A DNA stretch of 64,000 nt from an uncultured Chitinophagaceae bacterium. Its GTDB lineage: Bacteria > Bacteroidota > Ignavibacteria > UBA10030 > UBA8401. Made by a program: the position numbers and the translations under genes. Under the pieces are notes generated by a model that ran no database searches, had not been told where the DNA came from, and was given only the letters and a program-made list of their open reading frames with translations. The first letter of the stretch is position 1. Every line of letters begins with the position of its first letter. The stretch spans positions 52,970 through 116,969 of the forward strand of contig CAYIXI010000002.1 in assembly GCA_964367235.1 (NCBI GenBank), in the 5' to 3' direction. Positions 10,150 to 20,534 of the stretch are shown one piece after another.

Positions 10150-11282
10150 ATTTTATTTTTTCGTAATACTGATTTATAAAGATTTTCTAACTGTTTAGTA
10201 GTAGTAATAATATTGAATTTTTGTTCAACAATTATTCTACCATTTTTGGAAAATTTTGTTGCAGTTTTTTTATTGAGGATTATTTTCTCAATTGCATCTG
10301 ATAATTCAAGCGATTTGTGTGGTTCAACCAAAAAACCATTATAATTATTTTCAATAACTTCGGGAATTCCTCCAACATTTGTTGCTACAATCGGAAGATT
10401 CATTGCCATTGCTTCAATTATTGCAATTGAAAGTCCTTCGTGCAAAGATGGCAATACAAATATATCTGCAATTGAAAGAATCGGACGAACATCGTTTTGT
10501 GTTCCTAAATATTTTATGTTTGATTGGATTTGCAATTCTTTTGTTTGAGTAATTAAATTCTCTTTCTCCTTGCCATCACCTACAACTAATAAAGCAATAT
10601 TTGGATATCGGTTTTTTAAAATTTGAATTGCATTTAATAAATATGTAATTCCTTTTCGTTTATCAAGTCTGCTAACAATTGCAATAATTGGCGAAACATT
10701 TTCGATATTTAAATTCTTTTTAATGATATTTATATTTTTGGATTTATTGAAATAATCTAAATTGATGCCATCATAAATTACAGTAATTTTATCTGGATTG
10801 ATTTTAATTTTATTTACAATCTCTTTTTTTACAGCTTCAGAAATTGCAATGATGTGATTAGTGCATCTGATTGATAATTTATATAATAGAGAAATTAAAA
10901 AGTATTTCGATTGATAGTTTGATGTATTATGTTCAGTTGTAATAATTATTTTTATTCCTGCAATTTTTCCAATAATTCTACCAATTAGAGTTGCATGAAT
11001 TAAATGAGTATGCAAAATATCGTATTTATATTCTTTCAATAATGTATAAAACTGATATATTTTTCCGATCAATGTTTTTGAATATAAATTTAATGGTATA
11101 ACTTTCACATTTATTTTTTCAAAATCAGTTCGTAAAGCGCCATTGCCTTTCAAATAACAAACTGAACATTCGAAATATTTGGAGTCGATATTCCGCATAG
11201 TTTCAAGTAGTAATTTTTCAGCACCACCAACATCGATGCCGGTTATAAATTGTAATATTTTTATCTTTTCTTTTTTATGCAT
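10146..11282 (-). CDS. GT4 (group 1) glycosyltransferase
   Basis: GT-B fold with ...EAMAMNLPIVATNVGGIPEVI... motif, 378 aa. Confidence 0.75.
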   Translation of the reverse strand: MHKKEKIKILQFITGIDVGGAEKLLLETMRNIDSKYFECSVCYLKGNGALRTDFEKINVKVIPLNLYSKTLIGKIYQFYTLLKEYKYDILHTHLIHATLIGRIIGKIAGIKIIITTEHNTSNYQSKYFLISLLYKLSIRCTNHIIAISEAVKKEIVNKIKINPDKITVIYDGINLDYFNKSKNINIIKKNLNIENVSPIIAIVSRLDKRKGITYLLNAIQILKNRYPNIALLVVGDGKEKENLITQTKELQIQSNIKYLGTQNDVRPILSIADIFVLPSLHEGLSIAIIEAMAMNLPIVATNVGGIPEVIENNYNGFLVEPHKSLELSDAIEKIILNKKTATKFSKNGRIIVEQKFNIITTTKQLENLYKSVLRKNKI

Positions 11283-12030
11283 TAAATAATTCTTTAATAT
11301 TTCTTTCTCTAAAAGAGTAAAACATCGAAGTACATTTTAATTTAAATTTAAACATTGTGTCATTTAAATAAACGCCAGTTCTCTTAATTGTAAAATTTGA
11401 ATTTTGAATTCCATGTTTTGGAGGCGTAATTAAAGCATAATTATAGTTTGCATTTTCAACTTCACTAATTATTTCGTTATTGCAATCGCCGTAAGGATAG
11501 CAAAATTGATTTATTTTTACACCAATCAAATCCTCTAATTTTATTTTTGATTCAACGATTTCTTTTCTCGCAACTAGTTTATCAATTTTTGTCAACTTTG
11601 GATGACTTAAAGTATGCGAACCAAATTCAATTTTATGATTGAGCATTTCAGTGATTTGATTTTTTGATAAAGATAAATCAATCTCTTTTGTATTATAATT
11701 TTGACGAGTTGAACCAAACCAAAGTGAATTTGTTGTATCAATATAATTTGAGATTATAAAAATAGTAGCCGATAAATTATATTTTTTTAGAATAGGAAAT
11801 GCATAAAAATAATTATCACGATATCCATCATCAAATGTAATTGAAAATGTTTTTTTAGAATTATTTGTATTTCTCATAAATTCATTTACAGGTACACATT
11901 CATATCCATTCGATAATAAATATCTTATTTGATTTTCAAAATTATCAGTAGTTACTGATAGAGTTCCTCTTTCATTTGCAAAATCATCTGGCAACACTCT
12001 GTGATAAGCAAGAATAATTTTATTTTTCAT
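11275..12030 (-). CDS. Polysaccharide deacetylase (CE4 / NodB family)
   Basis: TFDDGYRDNY NodB motif plus conserved His region. Confidence 0.75.
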   Translation of the reverse strand: MKNKIILAYHRVLPDDFANERGTLSVTTDNFENQIRYLLSNGYECVPVNEFMRNTNNSKKTFSITFDDGYRDNYFYAFPILKKYNLSATIFIISNYIDTTNSLWFGSTRQNYNTKEIDLSLSKNQITEMLNHKIEFGSHTLSHPKLTKIDKLVARKEIVESKIKLEDLIGVKINQFCYPYGDCNNEIISEVENANYNYALITPPKHGIQNSNFTIKRTGVYLNDTMFKFKLKCTSMFYSFRERNIKELFNA

Positions 12031-13073
12031 TTTCTCGTGAATAGAAATTTTAATTTTGGATAAATCAATTCAATTTTTTTCCAAATAAAATATATTGCTT
12101 TGTTTAAAACATAATCATACTCACCCGATAAAGTTACCAATCTTCCACCAAATCCTCTTTTAAATAAATATATACCCCAAAGAGGATTATCTTTCGTTGG
12201 ATTTTCTGGAACACCTTGAAAATCGTAAATTAAATATTTATTTGATTTACACCATTTAATAATTTCCCAATGAAGCAACTGGTTTGGATTTATTTTAGAA
12301 AGATTTAATGAGCCTCCCCACTGATAAATTACTTTTTTTCCAAAAATAAAAACAAAAGCCGCTGAAATAATTTTATCATCTTTTTTTGTAAAAAATATTC
12401 GACACATATTATTTGGTCTGAATATTTTCCATAATTCCTTCATTTGTTCAAAATTATAAATCGGAAATTCATTTTTATTTGAAACTGTTTTTAAAACTGT
12501 ATAAAACTCTTTCAAATCATTTTCGGCTCCACTATCAATTTCAATTTTAATAATTTCTTTTTCAGCCCGTCTAATATCATATTTTGTGCGGCTTTCCATC
12601 GCATTCATCAACTCATCTTCAGATTTTGTTAAATCAATCCTAAAGGTCGTCGTGTGCAAAATCGGTTTTGTGTTTTTGATAAACTTCAAATCATCAAACC
12701 AACTTTCAGCTAAATTGTTTTTTTCGATATCAGGATTTGAACGAATGAATATTGCATTTTTGCTTTTTGCAAATTTAATTATTTGACTGAATAATAAATT
12801 GAAATATTCTTTATTACTTTCGTCGGAATAATCTATGATTGGACCTCTTGGTAGGTAAAATATTGATAAATTTAATGGTAAGATTTTATACAAACAGATA
12901 GCAGTACAAATTATTTTATCTTCATTTTTTAAAATAAACTTTTCGACTTGCCATTTATCTTTTCGTCTCGCTTCGCTCCACTGGATTGTTTGATAAATAC
13001 TCGAGCATGTCGAATTAGAAACATATTCGTTAAATATATTTGCATCAATATTATTTATTATTTCAATATTCAT
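12027..13073 (-). CDS. FemAB-family / BioF2-like GNAT-fold aminoacyl or acyl transferase
   Basis: 348 aa with YDIRRAEKE-type motif and duplicated GNAT-like halves. This family is common in EPS loci as sugar aminoacyl/acyl transferases. Confidence 0.55.
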   Translation of the reverse strand: MNIEIINNIDANIFNEYVSNSTCSSIYQTIQWSEARRKDKWQVEKFILKNEDKIICTAICLYKILPLNLSIFYLPRGPIIDYSDESNKEYFNLLFSQIIKFAKSKNAIFIRSNPDIEKNNLAESWFDDLKFIKNTKPILHTTTFRIDLTKSEDELMNAMESRTKYDIRRAEKEIIKIEIDSGAENDLKEFYTVLKTVSNKNEFPIYNFEQMKELWKIFRPNNMCRIFFTKKDDKIISAAFVFIFGKKVIYQWGGSLNLSKINPNQLLHWEIIKWCKSNKYLIYDFQGVPENPTKDNPLWGIYLFKRGFGGRLVTLSGEYDYVLNKAIYFIWKKIELIYPKLKFLFTRK

Positions 13074-14077
13074 AATTTCTTTTTTGCAATTGCGTAAAGT
13101 AAATGTCCTAAATATTTACCCAAACCAATTTTTGTTATGAATTTATCGAAAACATAAAATATCTTGCTTACAAAAGCCATATTAATTTTATCAACAATTG
13201 ATCTTGCGGGAATGTTTCTTATTCCTGAAATGTTCTGAACTTCAAAACATTCTTGTAATTCAGTTTTTAATTCTTTTGATGTAAAATTAAACCAATATTG
13301 TTCTTTCGTTTTACCATATTCATTTTCGTTGTAACTTATTTTTTTAGAGTATATTTTTTTTGCAAGCGACCAATTATAAACACTTAAATGAAATGAACCA
13401 TCAGCTGCAAGTAACTCGTTTATTTTATTATATGTTTTTGAACGGAATGATTTTGGAAAATGTTCAAATACTTGATATGAAACAATTGAGTCAAACTTAA
13501 TATTTTTAATCGGTAGAAATGAAATATCACAACAAATCAATTTTATATTATTTAATGATGCTGAATCAATTTTATTTTTCATTTTCAAAAGCATTTGGAA
13601 CGAATAATCAACAGCGATTATATTTTTATTCGTTTTTGCTATTTCCAAAGTCATTCTTCCACTACCACAACCTAACTCCAAAATATTTATAGGCGAATTA
13701 CATTCGATTTTATTTTTATAATATTCTAACTCAATTTTACGAATATAATCAGAATCTAATAAATCGTCATAAAATTCAGGGTCATAATCAAAATACTGAG
13801 ATTGATTTATAGAGTTTGAATTATTTTTTGCATTAAATGGTAATCCACTTTCAGTAAATTCTTTTGGAAGTTTATTATTAAAATAATCAAATACTGAAAG
13901 TTCGGAAATATTTCTATCCTCGTCTCTATAAATAATTGGAATATTATTTTTAATAGGATACCATCTCAAACAATTATTGCAAAATAATATTCCTAAGTCT
14001 AATTTATCATCATAAATATTTTCGAAACTCGTTCCATCGTAGGGACAAACTAATATTTTGAGTAATTCTTTATCCAT
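13070..14077 (-). CDS. Class I SAM-dependent methyltransferase with N-terminal Trm112-like zinc-ribbon domain
   Basis: N-terminus LKILVCPYDGTSFEN...CNNCLRWYPIKNNIPII is Trm112-like. The ELGCGSGRMT motif I and downstream motifs match Methyltransf_11/25. Confidence 0.65.
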   Translation of the reverse strand: MDKELLKILVCPYDGTSFENIYDDKLDLGILFCNNCLRWYPIKNNIPIIYRDEDRNISELSVFDYFNNKLPKEFTESGLPFNAKNNSNSINQSQYFDYDPEFYDDLLDSDYIRKIELEYYKNKIECNSPINILELGCGSGRMTLEIAKTNKNIIAVDYSFQMLLKMKNKIDSASLNNIKLICCDISFLPIKNIKFDSIVSYQVFEHFPKSFRSKTYNKINELLAADGSFHLSVYNWSLAKKIYSKKISYNENEYGKTKEQYWFNFTSKELKTELQECFEVQNISGIRNIPARSIVDKINMAFVSKIFYVFDKFITKIGLGKYLGHLLYAIAKKKL

Positions 14078-15539
14078 TAGAAATCAAATTAAATAGTTTT
14101 TCTTTTATTTCTCTATTAACAATTTTTGTAAGATAATAACCAAGAGTAATCAAAGTGCTGTAAAATGTGGCCGAGATAAATAATTTAAATTGTGAATCAA
14201 AACCAACATTTCTAACTATAGTTAATGATACAATTGATACGATAATTACTTTCAAAATAAATACATAATCATATTTGGAACCAATATATTTTGATGCAAT
14301 AAAATACTCGCTTGCAAATGTAATTATTATGGAAATACCACTAACAGTTATTGCGCCAATTGCACCATGATTCGGTATTACTAATATATTTGCAATTAAA
14401 CTAAATGCTCCAATTATTGCTCTATTTACAAACACTATTTTTTGTTTTCCTATCGAAAGTAAAACGCCTGCATTTAGTCCGCTTCCAAAAATTGAAACAG
14501 CAATTAAATTGCAACTTAAAAATATTTTAAATAATTCAGCCGCAGGTAAATATTTTGGTGAGTAAAGAAATGAAATAATTTCAGTTGAGTAGATAATTGA
14601 AAATAATGAAACAGGGAAAATAAATAATTGATGATACTTCATCATTTTGCTTCGAGCATCAGCAAGTTCATTTATTTTTTCTGCCGCTAATTCTGAAAAT
14701 AATGTAATTGAAACTCCTACAAAACCAACTGCAAATAAATATTCAATTACAAGTGTTAATGCCCAAGCAATTTCAAAATATGCCGATTGCTCAGTTACAC
14801 CAAAATAAAAACCTAAAATTAAAAGAACTGAATATCGCCCCAAAACAAGCCCTAATATAGCATTTCCCCATGTTGCAAAACTAAATTTATATATTGATTT
14901 TAATTCGGTTTTTAATTTTTCTCCAGCGGATGAATTTACTATTTCCTTAAAATAAAAAAGAAAAAAGGTTGATGTAATTATTCCGAAATAGAGAAATATA
15001 TTTCGTAATCCGAAGTTGTAATAAAGTAATAATGTTGAAATAATCAAAGTTGATATTTTTAATAATAAATTTAAAATGAATACTTTTTTAGTTTTTAAAT
15101 TTCCAATTAAATAATTTACCGAAAAATTAACAAGCCCTTGTGCAACAATAAATATTGTAATTGAAGATATATACGATGAAATATTTTTGGTTTGAAGCAA
15201 TCCTTCAATTTCAAATCTGAAAATATAAATCAATAATGAAAAGATAATTAAAACAATAAATCTAATTTTAAATAGTTTTGAAACTATATATCGTAATTGT
15301 GGTAATTCATTTTTTACTCGCAGTTGTGGAATAATTTTATTTAATGTTTCATCAAAACCTACCGCACCAAGAATTATTGCAATTGACGCAATACTCATTA
15401 CGGTAACATAAATTCCATATTCGCTTGGTTGCAATAATCTTGCAAATATTATTCCAATTAAATATGTCAATCCATATTCAGATAATTTTGCTAAATGATT
15501 CCACGCAAATCCTTTTAAAGATTTTTTAAAGAACGACAT
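14070..15539 (-). CDS. wzx: Oligosaccharide-unit flippase (Wzx, MOP superfamily)
   Basis: 489 aa and about 12-14 predicted TM helices with MOP-like organisation. Confidence 0.7.
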   Translation of the reverse strand: MSFFKKSLKGFAWNHLAKLSEYGLTYLIGIIFARLLQPSEYGIYVTVMSIASIAIILGAVGFDETLNKIIPQLRVKNELPQLRYIVSKLFKIRFIVLIIFSLLIYIFRFEIEGLLQTKNISSYISSITIFIVAQGLVNFSVNYLIGNLKTKKVFILNLLLKISTLIISTLLLYYNFGLRNIFLYFGIITSTFFLFYFKEIVNSSAGEKLKTELKSIYKFSFATWGNAILGLVLGRYSVLLILGFYFGVTEQSAYFEIAWALTLVIEYLFAVGFVGVSITLFSELAAEKINELADARSKMMKYHQLFIFPVSLFSIIYSTEIISFLYSPKYLPAAELFKIFLSCNLIAVSIFGSGLNAGVLLSIGKQKIVFVNRAIIGAFSLIANILVIPNHGAIGAITVSGISIIITFASEYFIASKYIGSKYDYVFILKVIIVSIVSLTIVRNVGFDSQFKLFISATFYSTLITLGYYLTKIVNREIKEKLFNLISNG

Positions 15540-16856
15540 TTAGGGTTTCTCCTCAACTAACGGAAAAGTCATTGCAACTGTAATCCAGAAATATATCGCA
15601 ATAGAAAAACTCCCAAATAAAAATGATGTTTCGAAAAACGAAGCAAACATAAATCCAACAAAAATAGAAAATGCTAAAATTGAGTTTTTAGAAATGGAGT
15701 TGTCATTTTTATTTTTACTTATTTCGGTAAATAATTTTTTTGCAACTGATGAAAGGAAAAGTAAATAAAAAAGAAATCCTACAATGCCAATTTCAGATAG
15801 AATTTGCAAAAAATCATTGTGCGCTGAAAAATTAATTGTATAAACTATCGTTCTAATAATTGAAGGTGGCGCTGTAAAATAATATCCAATTTGCGAAGGT
15901 AAATTTCCCGGTCCAACTCCAAAAATAAAATTATCTTTAAAGACTCTAAATGCAATATCCCATATTTCATCGCGAAAAGTAATGAGTCTATCAATCCGCA
16001 ACAATAAATTTACCTCTTCTTGAAAAGTAAAATAAATTATTGTTGAGAAAATAATTGCTAAAAACCAATATGGAATAATCTTTTTCCCAAATTTGTACGA
16101 AAATAAAATTACGGTTCCAATAAAAAATAAAACCCACGATGAGCGAGAAAATGAAAATATCATTGTTGCTAAAAGTACAGTAACTGTGATAACTGAAATT
16201 ACTACAAAATAATTTTTATTTTTTTCTGAAAATAACAATTTAAAAATTATAACTAATAAAATAATTGAACTAAACTGTCCCAACGAATTTGCATTTGCAA
16301 ATAGTGACCGAGAACGAACCAGTACATTTCCTTGTTCGAGTAGTCCCATAACTCCAACAAACAATCCAATTATTATTACTCCTTGAAAAAACAATTCAGT
16401 ATTCTTTTTTTCTGCAAAAAATAATCTTAGCGAACGAAATAAAAATAAAATAAATATTAATCGGAAAAGATGGGGAATGCTCGTTGAAACATTAAACGAA
16501 GTTATTGTCGAAATTAAAACTGCAAGTATTAAATAGAATAATTTTATTTCTATTGTATCATTTTCAATTTTAAATAATAATTTATAATCACTGATTGCAA
16601 ACACACCAATAAATAAAAGTGAAATTGCAAATTTAATTCCAAGAAATACTTCATAACTAATTGATGCAGTTTCTTGGATTGGCGCCGCAATAACTAACAA
16701 AATAAAAAGCAATTTTTCATTTAAAAATAAATCGCGCTGAAAAATTACTGAAGATTTTAAATCAATTGGAGTAGCAATCACTAAATCTCTTTTCTTCTTT
16801 GCATAATCGAAGCAAAATACATCGCCAGTAAATATGATAAAATAAAAGTTCCGCAA
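15540..16856 (-). CDS. wzy: O-antigen polymerase/ligase-like polytopic membrane protein (Wzy/WaaL family). Start uncertain: the track ORF overlaps the upstream gene by 76 nt.
   Basis: Polytopic membrane protein with a large periplasmic loop and Wzy_C-like segment (...AHNDFLQILSEIGIVGF...). Confidence 0.55.
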   Translation of the reverse strand: MRNFYFIIFTGDVFCFDYAKKKRDLVIATPIDLKSSVIFQRDLFLNEKLLFILLVIAAPIQETASISYEVFLGIKFAISLLFIGVFAISDYKLLFKIENDTIEIKLFYLILAVLISTITSFNVSTSIPHLFRLIFILFLFRSLRLFFAEKKNTELFFQGVIIIGLFVGVMGLLEQGNVLVRSRSLFANANSLGQFSSIILLVIIFKLLFSEKNKNYFVVISVITVTVLLATMIFSFSRSSWVLFFIGTVILFSYKFGKKIIPYWFLAIIFSTIIYFTFQEEVNLLLRIDRLITFRDEIWDIAFRVFKDNFIFGVGPGNLPSQIGYYFTAPPSIIRTIVYTINFSAHNDFLQILSEIGIVGFLFYLLFLSSVAKKLFTEISKNKNDNSISKNSILAFSIFVGFMFASFFETSFLFGSFSIAIYFWITVAMTFPLVEEKP

Positions 16857-17767
16857 ACTATCAAAACTCTTTTTGGCGACGATTTTTTTACTGGCTCAAT
16901 GGCTTTATCTAAAATTTCAATTACAGGTTTATCTCTTAATTCTTCAAGTCGCGCAATTTCAAATTGTTGTCGTAGCGTAACATAAACTTGTTGGTTAACC
17001 TCAATCGTTCGCATAAATCTCGCTCGCTCGGCAGTCAGCTCCGGCGTATCAAGTTGCAATGGATGATTTTTTCGAAAAATCGTCAAATTATCTTCCGAAA
17101 AAGTTAAATCAATTTTTGCAATTGACATCCGTTCCTCAATAAACTCTCGATATTGCGTCGCTTTATGCTTGGTTTCTTCCGAAACATAATTTTGAATAAA
17201 CTCAGCAATGTGATTTGCAATTTCCGTAGAAAGTTTTGGTTCCTCCATTGTAACAGTTGCGATAAATAATCCCGACTGATCTTCTTTTACCGATACTCGC
17301 GAAGATAATTCTTCCAAGCCATCTTCGATTCTTTTTAAATCATTATTTATAATTTCAGATGTAAATATTTTTGATATTTTTTTTATCGATATTATTTTTT
17401 CGTCATCTAATTTTTCCCAGTAATCAATTAGCGAAAGTGAATCGTTATAAAATTTTGAATTCCATTTTTTTTGTAAAATTTCAGATTGCAATCTTCTACT
17501 TTTAATAATATCCGGGATATGATATGCAAATTGTCCTCCACCAAAATCAATTCCGAAACTTGATGCAATATTTGAAATATCTTTTAATCCTCCACCACCT
17601 ACTTTTTTCTTTTCAGAGGATTGATAGAGACTTATATTTGAAGTGTAATACTTTGTCAACATTAAACTCACAACAACTGAAATTGTTGTAATTGAAAATG
17701 TAAAAATCAAAATAAATTTTTTCTGTTTTTTAATCAACTCATAAAGTTGAGATGCAGAGATTGACAT
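16781..17767 (-). CDS. wzz: Polysaccharide co-polymerase / chain-length determinant (Wzz/GumC-like, no kinase domain)
   Basis: N-terminal TM helix, long coiled-coil periplasmic domain, C-terminal TM (RVLIVCGTFILSYLLAMYF). Wzz-like topology, 328 aa. Confidence 0.6.
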   Translation of the reverse strand: MSISASQLYELIKKQKKFILIFTFSITTISVVVSLMLTKYYTSNISLYQSSEKKKVGGGGLKDISNIASSFGIDFGGGQFAYHIPDIIKSRRLQSEILQKKWNSKFYNDSLSLIDYWEKLDDEKIISIKKISKIFTSEIINNDLKRIEDGLEELSSRVSVKEDQSGLFIATVTMEEPKLSTEIANHIAEFIQNYVSEETKHKATQYREFIEERMSIAKIDLTFSEDNLTIFRKNHPLQLDTPELTAERARFMRTIEVNQQVYVTLRQQFEIARLEELRDKPVIEILDKAIEPVKKSSPKRVLIVCGTFILSYLLAMYFASIMQRRKEI

Positions 17768-17777
17768 AATTTTTCCT

Positions 17778-19415
17778 TTAGCGAGATAGAGTTATCAAAT
17801 ACAAAGTTAAGAGCGTACTAATTATTCCAGCAACTTGCCCAACTGATGAAAGATAATAAGTTACATCTTTTTGTTTTTTCATCGGAACCCAAATGTAATC
17901 CCCCCCTTCAATTTTTGTTTCATTTGGTTTAAGCCATTGATTTGAAGCAGGTTTGAAAATCATAATTTCTTCAGCCGATAGTTCAGTTACTCCTCCAGCT
18001 TTTTGCAAATAGAAAGAAATATCTTTGTTCGATTCAAATCCGTAATAACCCGGTTTCAAAACTTGTCCGTATAAATATACCGCTTGCTTTTTCGAAGAAA
18101 CATAAATCGTATCGTTCGGTTTTAAAATCACATCTTCGCTTTTATCTTTAAATATTTTTGCAAAATTGACTGAAACCAATTCTCTTTTTTGAAGCAATTC
18201 ATTTTCAAGTCTTGCATAAATTGAGTCGTTGATTAAATCGGAAGTTTTTTGGTTTGGCAATTGATTTATATTATTTCTTTTTTCAAATGAGCGCTGTAAA
18301 TATGAAATGTTAAGCGAAGCATTCGTAGTAAATCCTCCAGCAATTTCAACGATTTCGCTCAAATATGTTGAGTCAAAACTGATTGGATAAGTTCCAGGAA
18401 AATTAACTTCTCCCAAAATTGTAGAAAAATAATTTCTTTTCAAATCAATTTTTTCTTTTACAATAATTCTATCACCAGACTCAAGTGTAATATTTTTTAT
18501 TTCTGCTAATCTTAAATTTAAATTTTTACTAATTAAGTTTTTCTGATTTTTATCGTATCTATATAAAGTTACATTTTCCAAATCAGCTGACTTTGTTAAA
18601 CCGTAAGCTAATTTAATTGCATCCTCAATTTTATCTCCATCAATTAATTCATATTGACCGGGTAAATTTATTCCACCATAAATTGCAAAAAAGTTTTTTT
18701 GCGGATCACTCTTTGCAACAAACACTTCGTCCCCTTCTCTTAAATATGGATTATATTTTTCATCTTTTGTAGCATTATACATTTGCAAATCTATTCTAAT
18801 TTTTGAGCTATCTCTTGTTAAAATTATATTTCTTTTTGATTGTTCATTTCTAATATTTCTTTTTGTTTTTACAGTAATTTCATCTTGTAAATCTTCACTT
18901 CTTAAATCATTTCCTAAATCAATTACTCCTTCTACTTTATCGGTTGATCGAACTGTAAACTTACCGGGCGATGGCACAAATCCATTTACGGTAACAACAA
19001 TTTGCCTTGGCACTAAAAGTGTAACGGAGATATCTCCTTTGTACTGTCCTTTTAATATTTTCTGTTTAATTTTATTTTTTGCTTCTTGCAAAGTTAAATC
19101 TGTAATTTTAATTTCTCCAAATGTTGGGATAATAATTGTTCCTTCAGGAGTTACAGTTAAAGTATAGGAAATTGAAGGACTCAACCACAAATTTATAGCA
19201 ATTACATCAGTCGGACCAACATAATATTTAGATGGATCAATTGGTCCATCAAGAGCAATTTTTTCTGTCAATGTTTGTTGGTTTTGAGTTCGTAATTTTT
19301 CCTGTGCCTCAATTAAATTTTGGTTTTGAAAATTATTTTTTTCGGTAGTTTGAGAAATCAAAACAAAACAACCAGCACAAATAATTATTAAATTTTTAAA
19401 GAGATATTTTTTCAT
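17778..19415 (-). CDS. wza: Outer-membrane polysaccharide export protein (Wza/KpsD family; Poly_export plus multiple SLBB domains)
   Basis: Signal peptide, Poly_export-like region (PTDVIAINLW..), repeated SLBB-like modules (DGDKIEDAIKLAYGLT...; GDRIIV; GDYIWV), and a C-terminal hydrophobic helix. Confidence 0.75.
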   Translation of the reverse strand: MKKYLFKNLIIICAGCFVLISQTTEKNNFQNQNLIEAQEKLRTQNQQTLTEKIALDGPIDPSKYYVGPTDVIAINLWLSPSISYTLTVTPEGTIIIPTFGEIKITDLTLQEAKNKIKQKILKGQYKGDISVTLLVPRQIVVTVNGFVPSPGKFTVRSTDKVEGVIDLGNDLRSEDLQDEITVKTKRNIRNEQSKRNIILTRDSSKIRIDLQMYNATKDEKYNPYLREGDEVFVAKSDPQKNFFAIYGGINLPGQYELIDGDKIEDAIKLAYGLTKSADLENVTLYRYDKNQKNLISKNLNLRLAEIKNITLESGDRIIVKEKIDLKRNYFSTILGEVNFPGTYPISFDSTYLSEIVEIAGGFTTNASLNISYLQRSFEKRNNINQLPNQKTSDLINDSIYARLENELLQKRELVSVNFAKIFKDKSEDVILKPNDTIYVSSKKQAVYLYGQVLKPGYYGFESNKDISFYLQKAGGVTELSAEEIMIFKPASNQWLKPNETKIEGGDYIWVPMKKQKDVTYYLSSVGQVAGIISTLLTLYLITLSR

Positions 19416-19430
19416 ATTAAGCCATTTAGT

Positions 19431-20534
19431 TTAAAATTTATTATAAAGAATTTCTGCAATTCTATTTGCCGCATTTCCATCCCACAATTCAGGGATATTT
19501 CCAAGTTTATTTTTTCCGCCTGCAATTTTTTCTGCTTCGGTTTTTATCATTTCAAAATCATTTCCGCATAAAATATTTGTGCCAACTTCAATTGTAATTG
19601 GTCGCTCGGTGTTTTTTCGCATTGTAATACAAGGGATTTGCAAATAAGTCGTTTCCTCTTGTATTCCACCTGAATCTGTAATAACCATTTTTGCATTTTT
19701 CATAAGTGATAAAAAATCCAGATAACCGATTGGCTCTGTTAATTTTATTCTATCATTTAAGTTTAAATGATTTGTCAAATTATATTCCTCAAACATTTTT
19801 TTTGTTCGTGGATGAACTGGAAAAACAATTTTATATCCGATTGGCAAATCGCTGAACATTTTTGCGATTTGTTTTAAAATATTTTCGTCATCGACATTGC
19901 TTGGTCTGTGAAGAGTAACTAAAATATATTTTTGTTTTTCTAAATTTAAATCTGAAACTATTTTTGAATTTTCAGATTTTTCTAAATGATATTTGAGAGA
20001 ATCAATCATCACATTCCCAACAAAATATATTTTGTTATCTGCAATTCCTTCCTTCTTTAAATTATCAATTCCACTTTTTTCAGTTACAAAAAGAAAATCT
20101 GAAATTGAATCTGTTACAATTCTATTAATTTCCTCCGGCATTGTTCTATCAAAACTTCTCAGTCCCGCTTCAATATGCGCTACAGGAATTCCTTTTTTCA
20201 CCGATACAAGCGTACAAGCAACTGTCGAATTTACATCACCAACAACAATCACTAAATCTGGTTTTACTTTGTCAATAATTTTTTCAAATTCAATCATTAC
20301 TTTTGCAGTTTGTTCTGCATGCGTTCCCGAACCAATTCCCAAATATTCGCTCGGCTGTGGCAACTCCAAATCTTCAAAAAATATTTTCGACATATTTTTA
20401 TCGTAATGTTGACCAGTGTGCAAAATTAAATGATTTACATTTTCATATTTTCGAAATGCTCTATCAATCGGAGCAACTTTCATAAAATTCGGTCGTGCGC
20501 CAACAACACTTAAAAATGTTAGTTTCTTTTTCAA
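19431..20534 (-). CDS. wecB: UDP-N-acetylglucosamine 2-epimerase (non-hydrolysing), copy 2
   Basis: VAHIEAGLRSFDRTMPEEINRIVTD signature, 367 aa. A paralog of the gene at 6909-8012. Confidence 0.8.
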   Translation of the reverse strand: MKKKLTFLSVVGARPNFMKVAPIDRAFRKYENVNHLILHTGQHYDKNMSKIFFEDLELPQPSEYLGIGSGTHAEQTAKVMIEFEKIIDKVKPDLVIVVGDVNSTVACTLVSVKKGIPVAHIEAGLRSFDRTMPEEINRIVTDSISDFLFVTEKSGIDNLKKEGIADNKIYFVGNVMIDSLKYHLEKSENSKIVSDLNLEKQKYILVTLHRPSNVDDENILKQIAKMFSDLPIGYKIVFPVHPRTKKMFEEYNLTNHLNLNDRIKLTEPIGYLDFLSLMKNAKMVITDSGGIQEETTYLQIPCITMRKNTERPITIEVGTNILCGNDFEMIKTEAEKIAGGKNKLGNIPELWDGNAANRIAEILYNKF

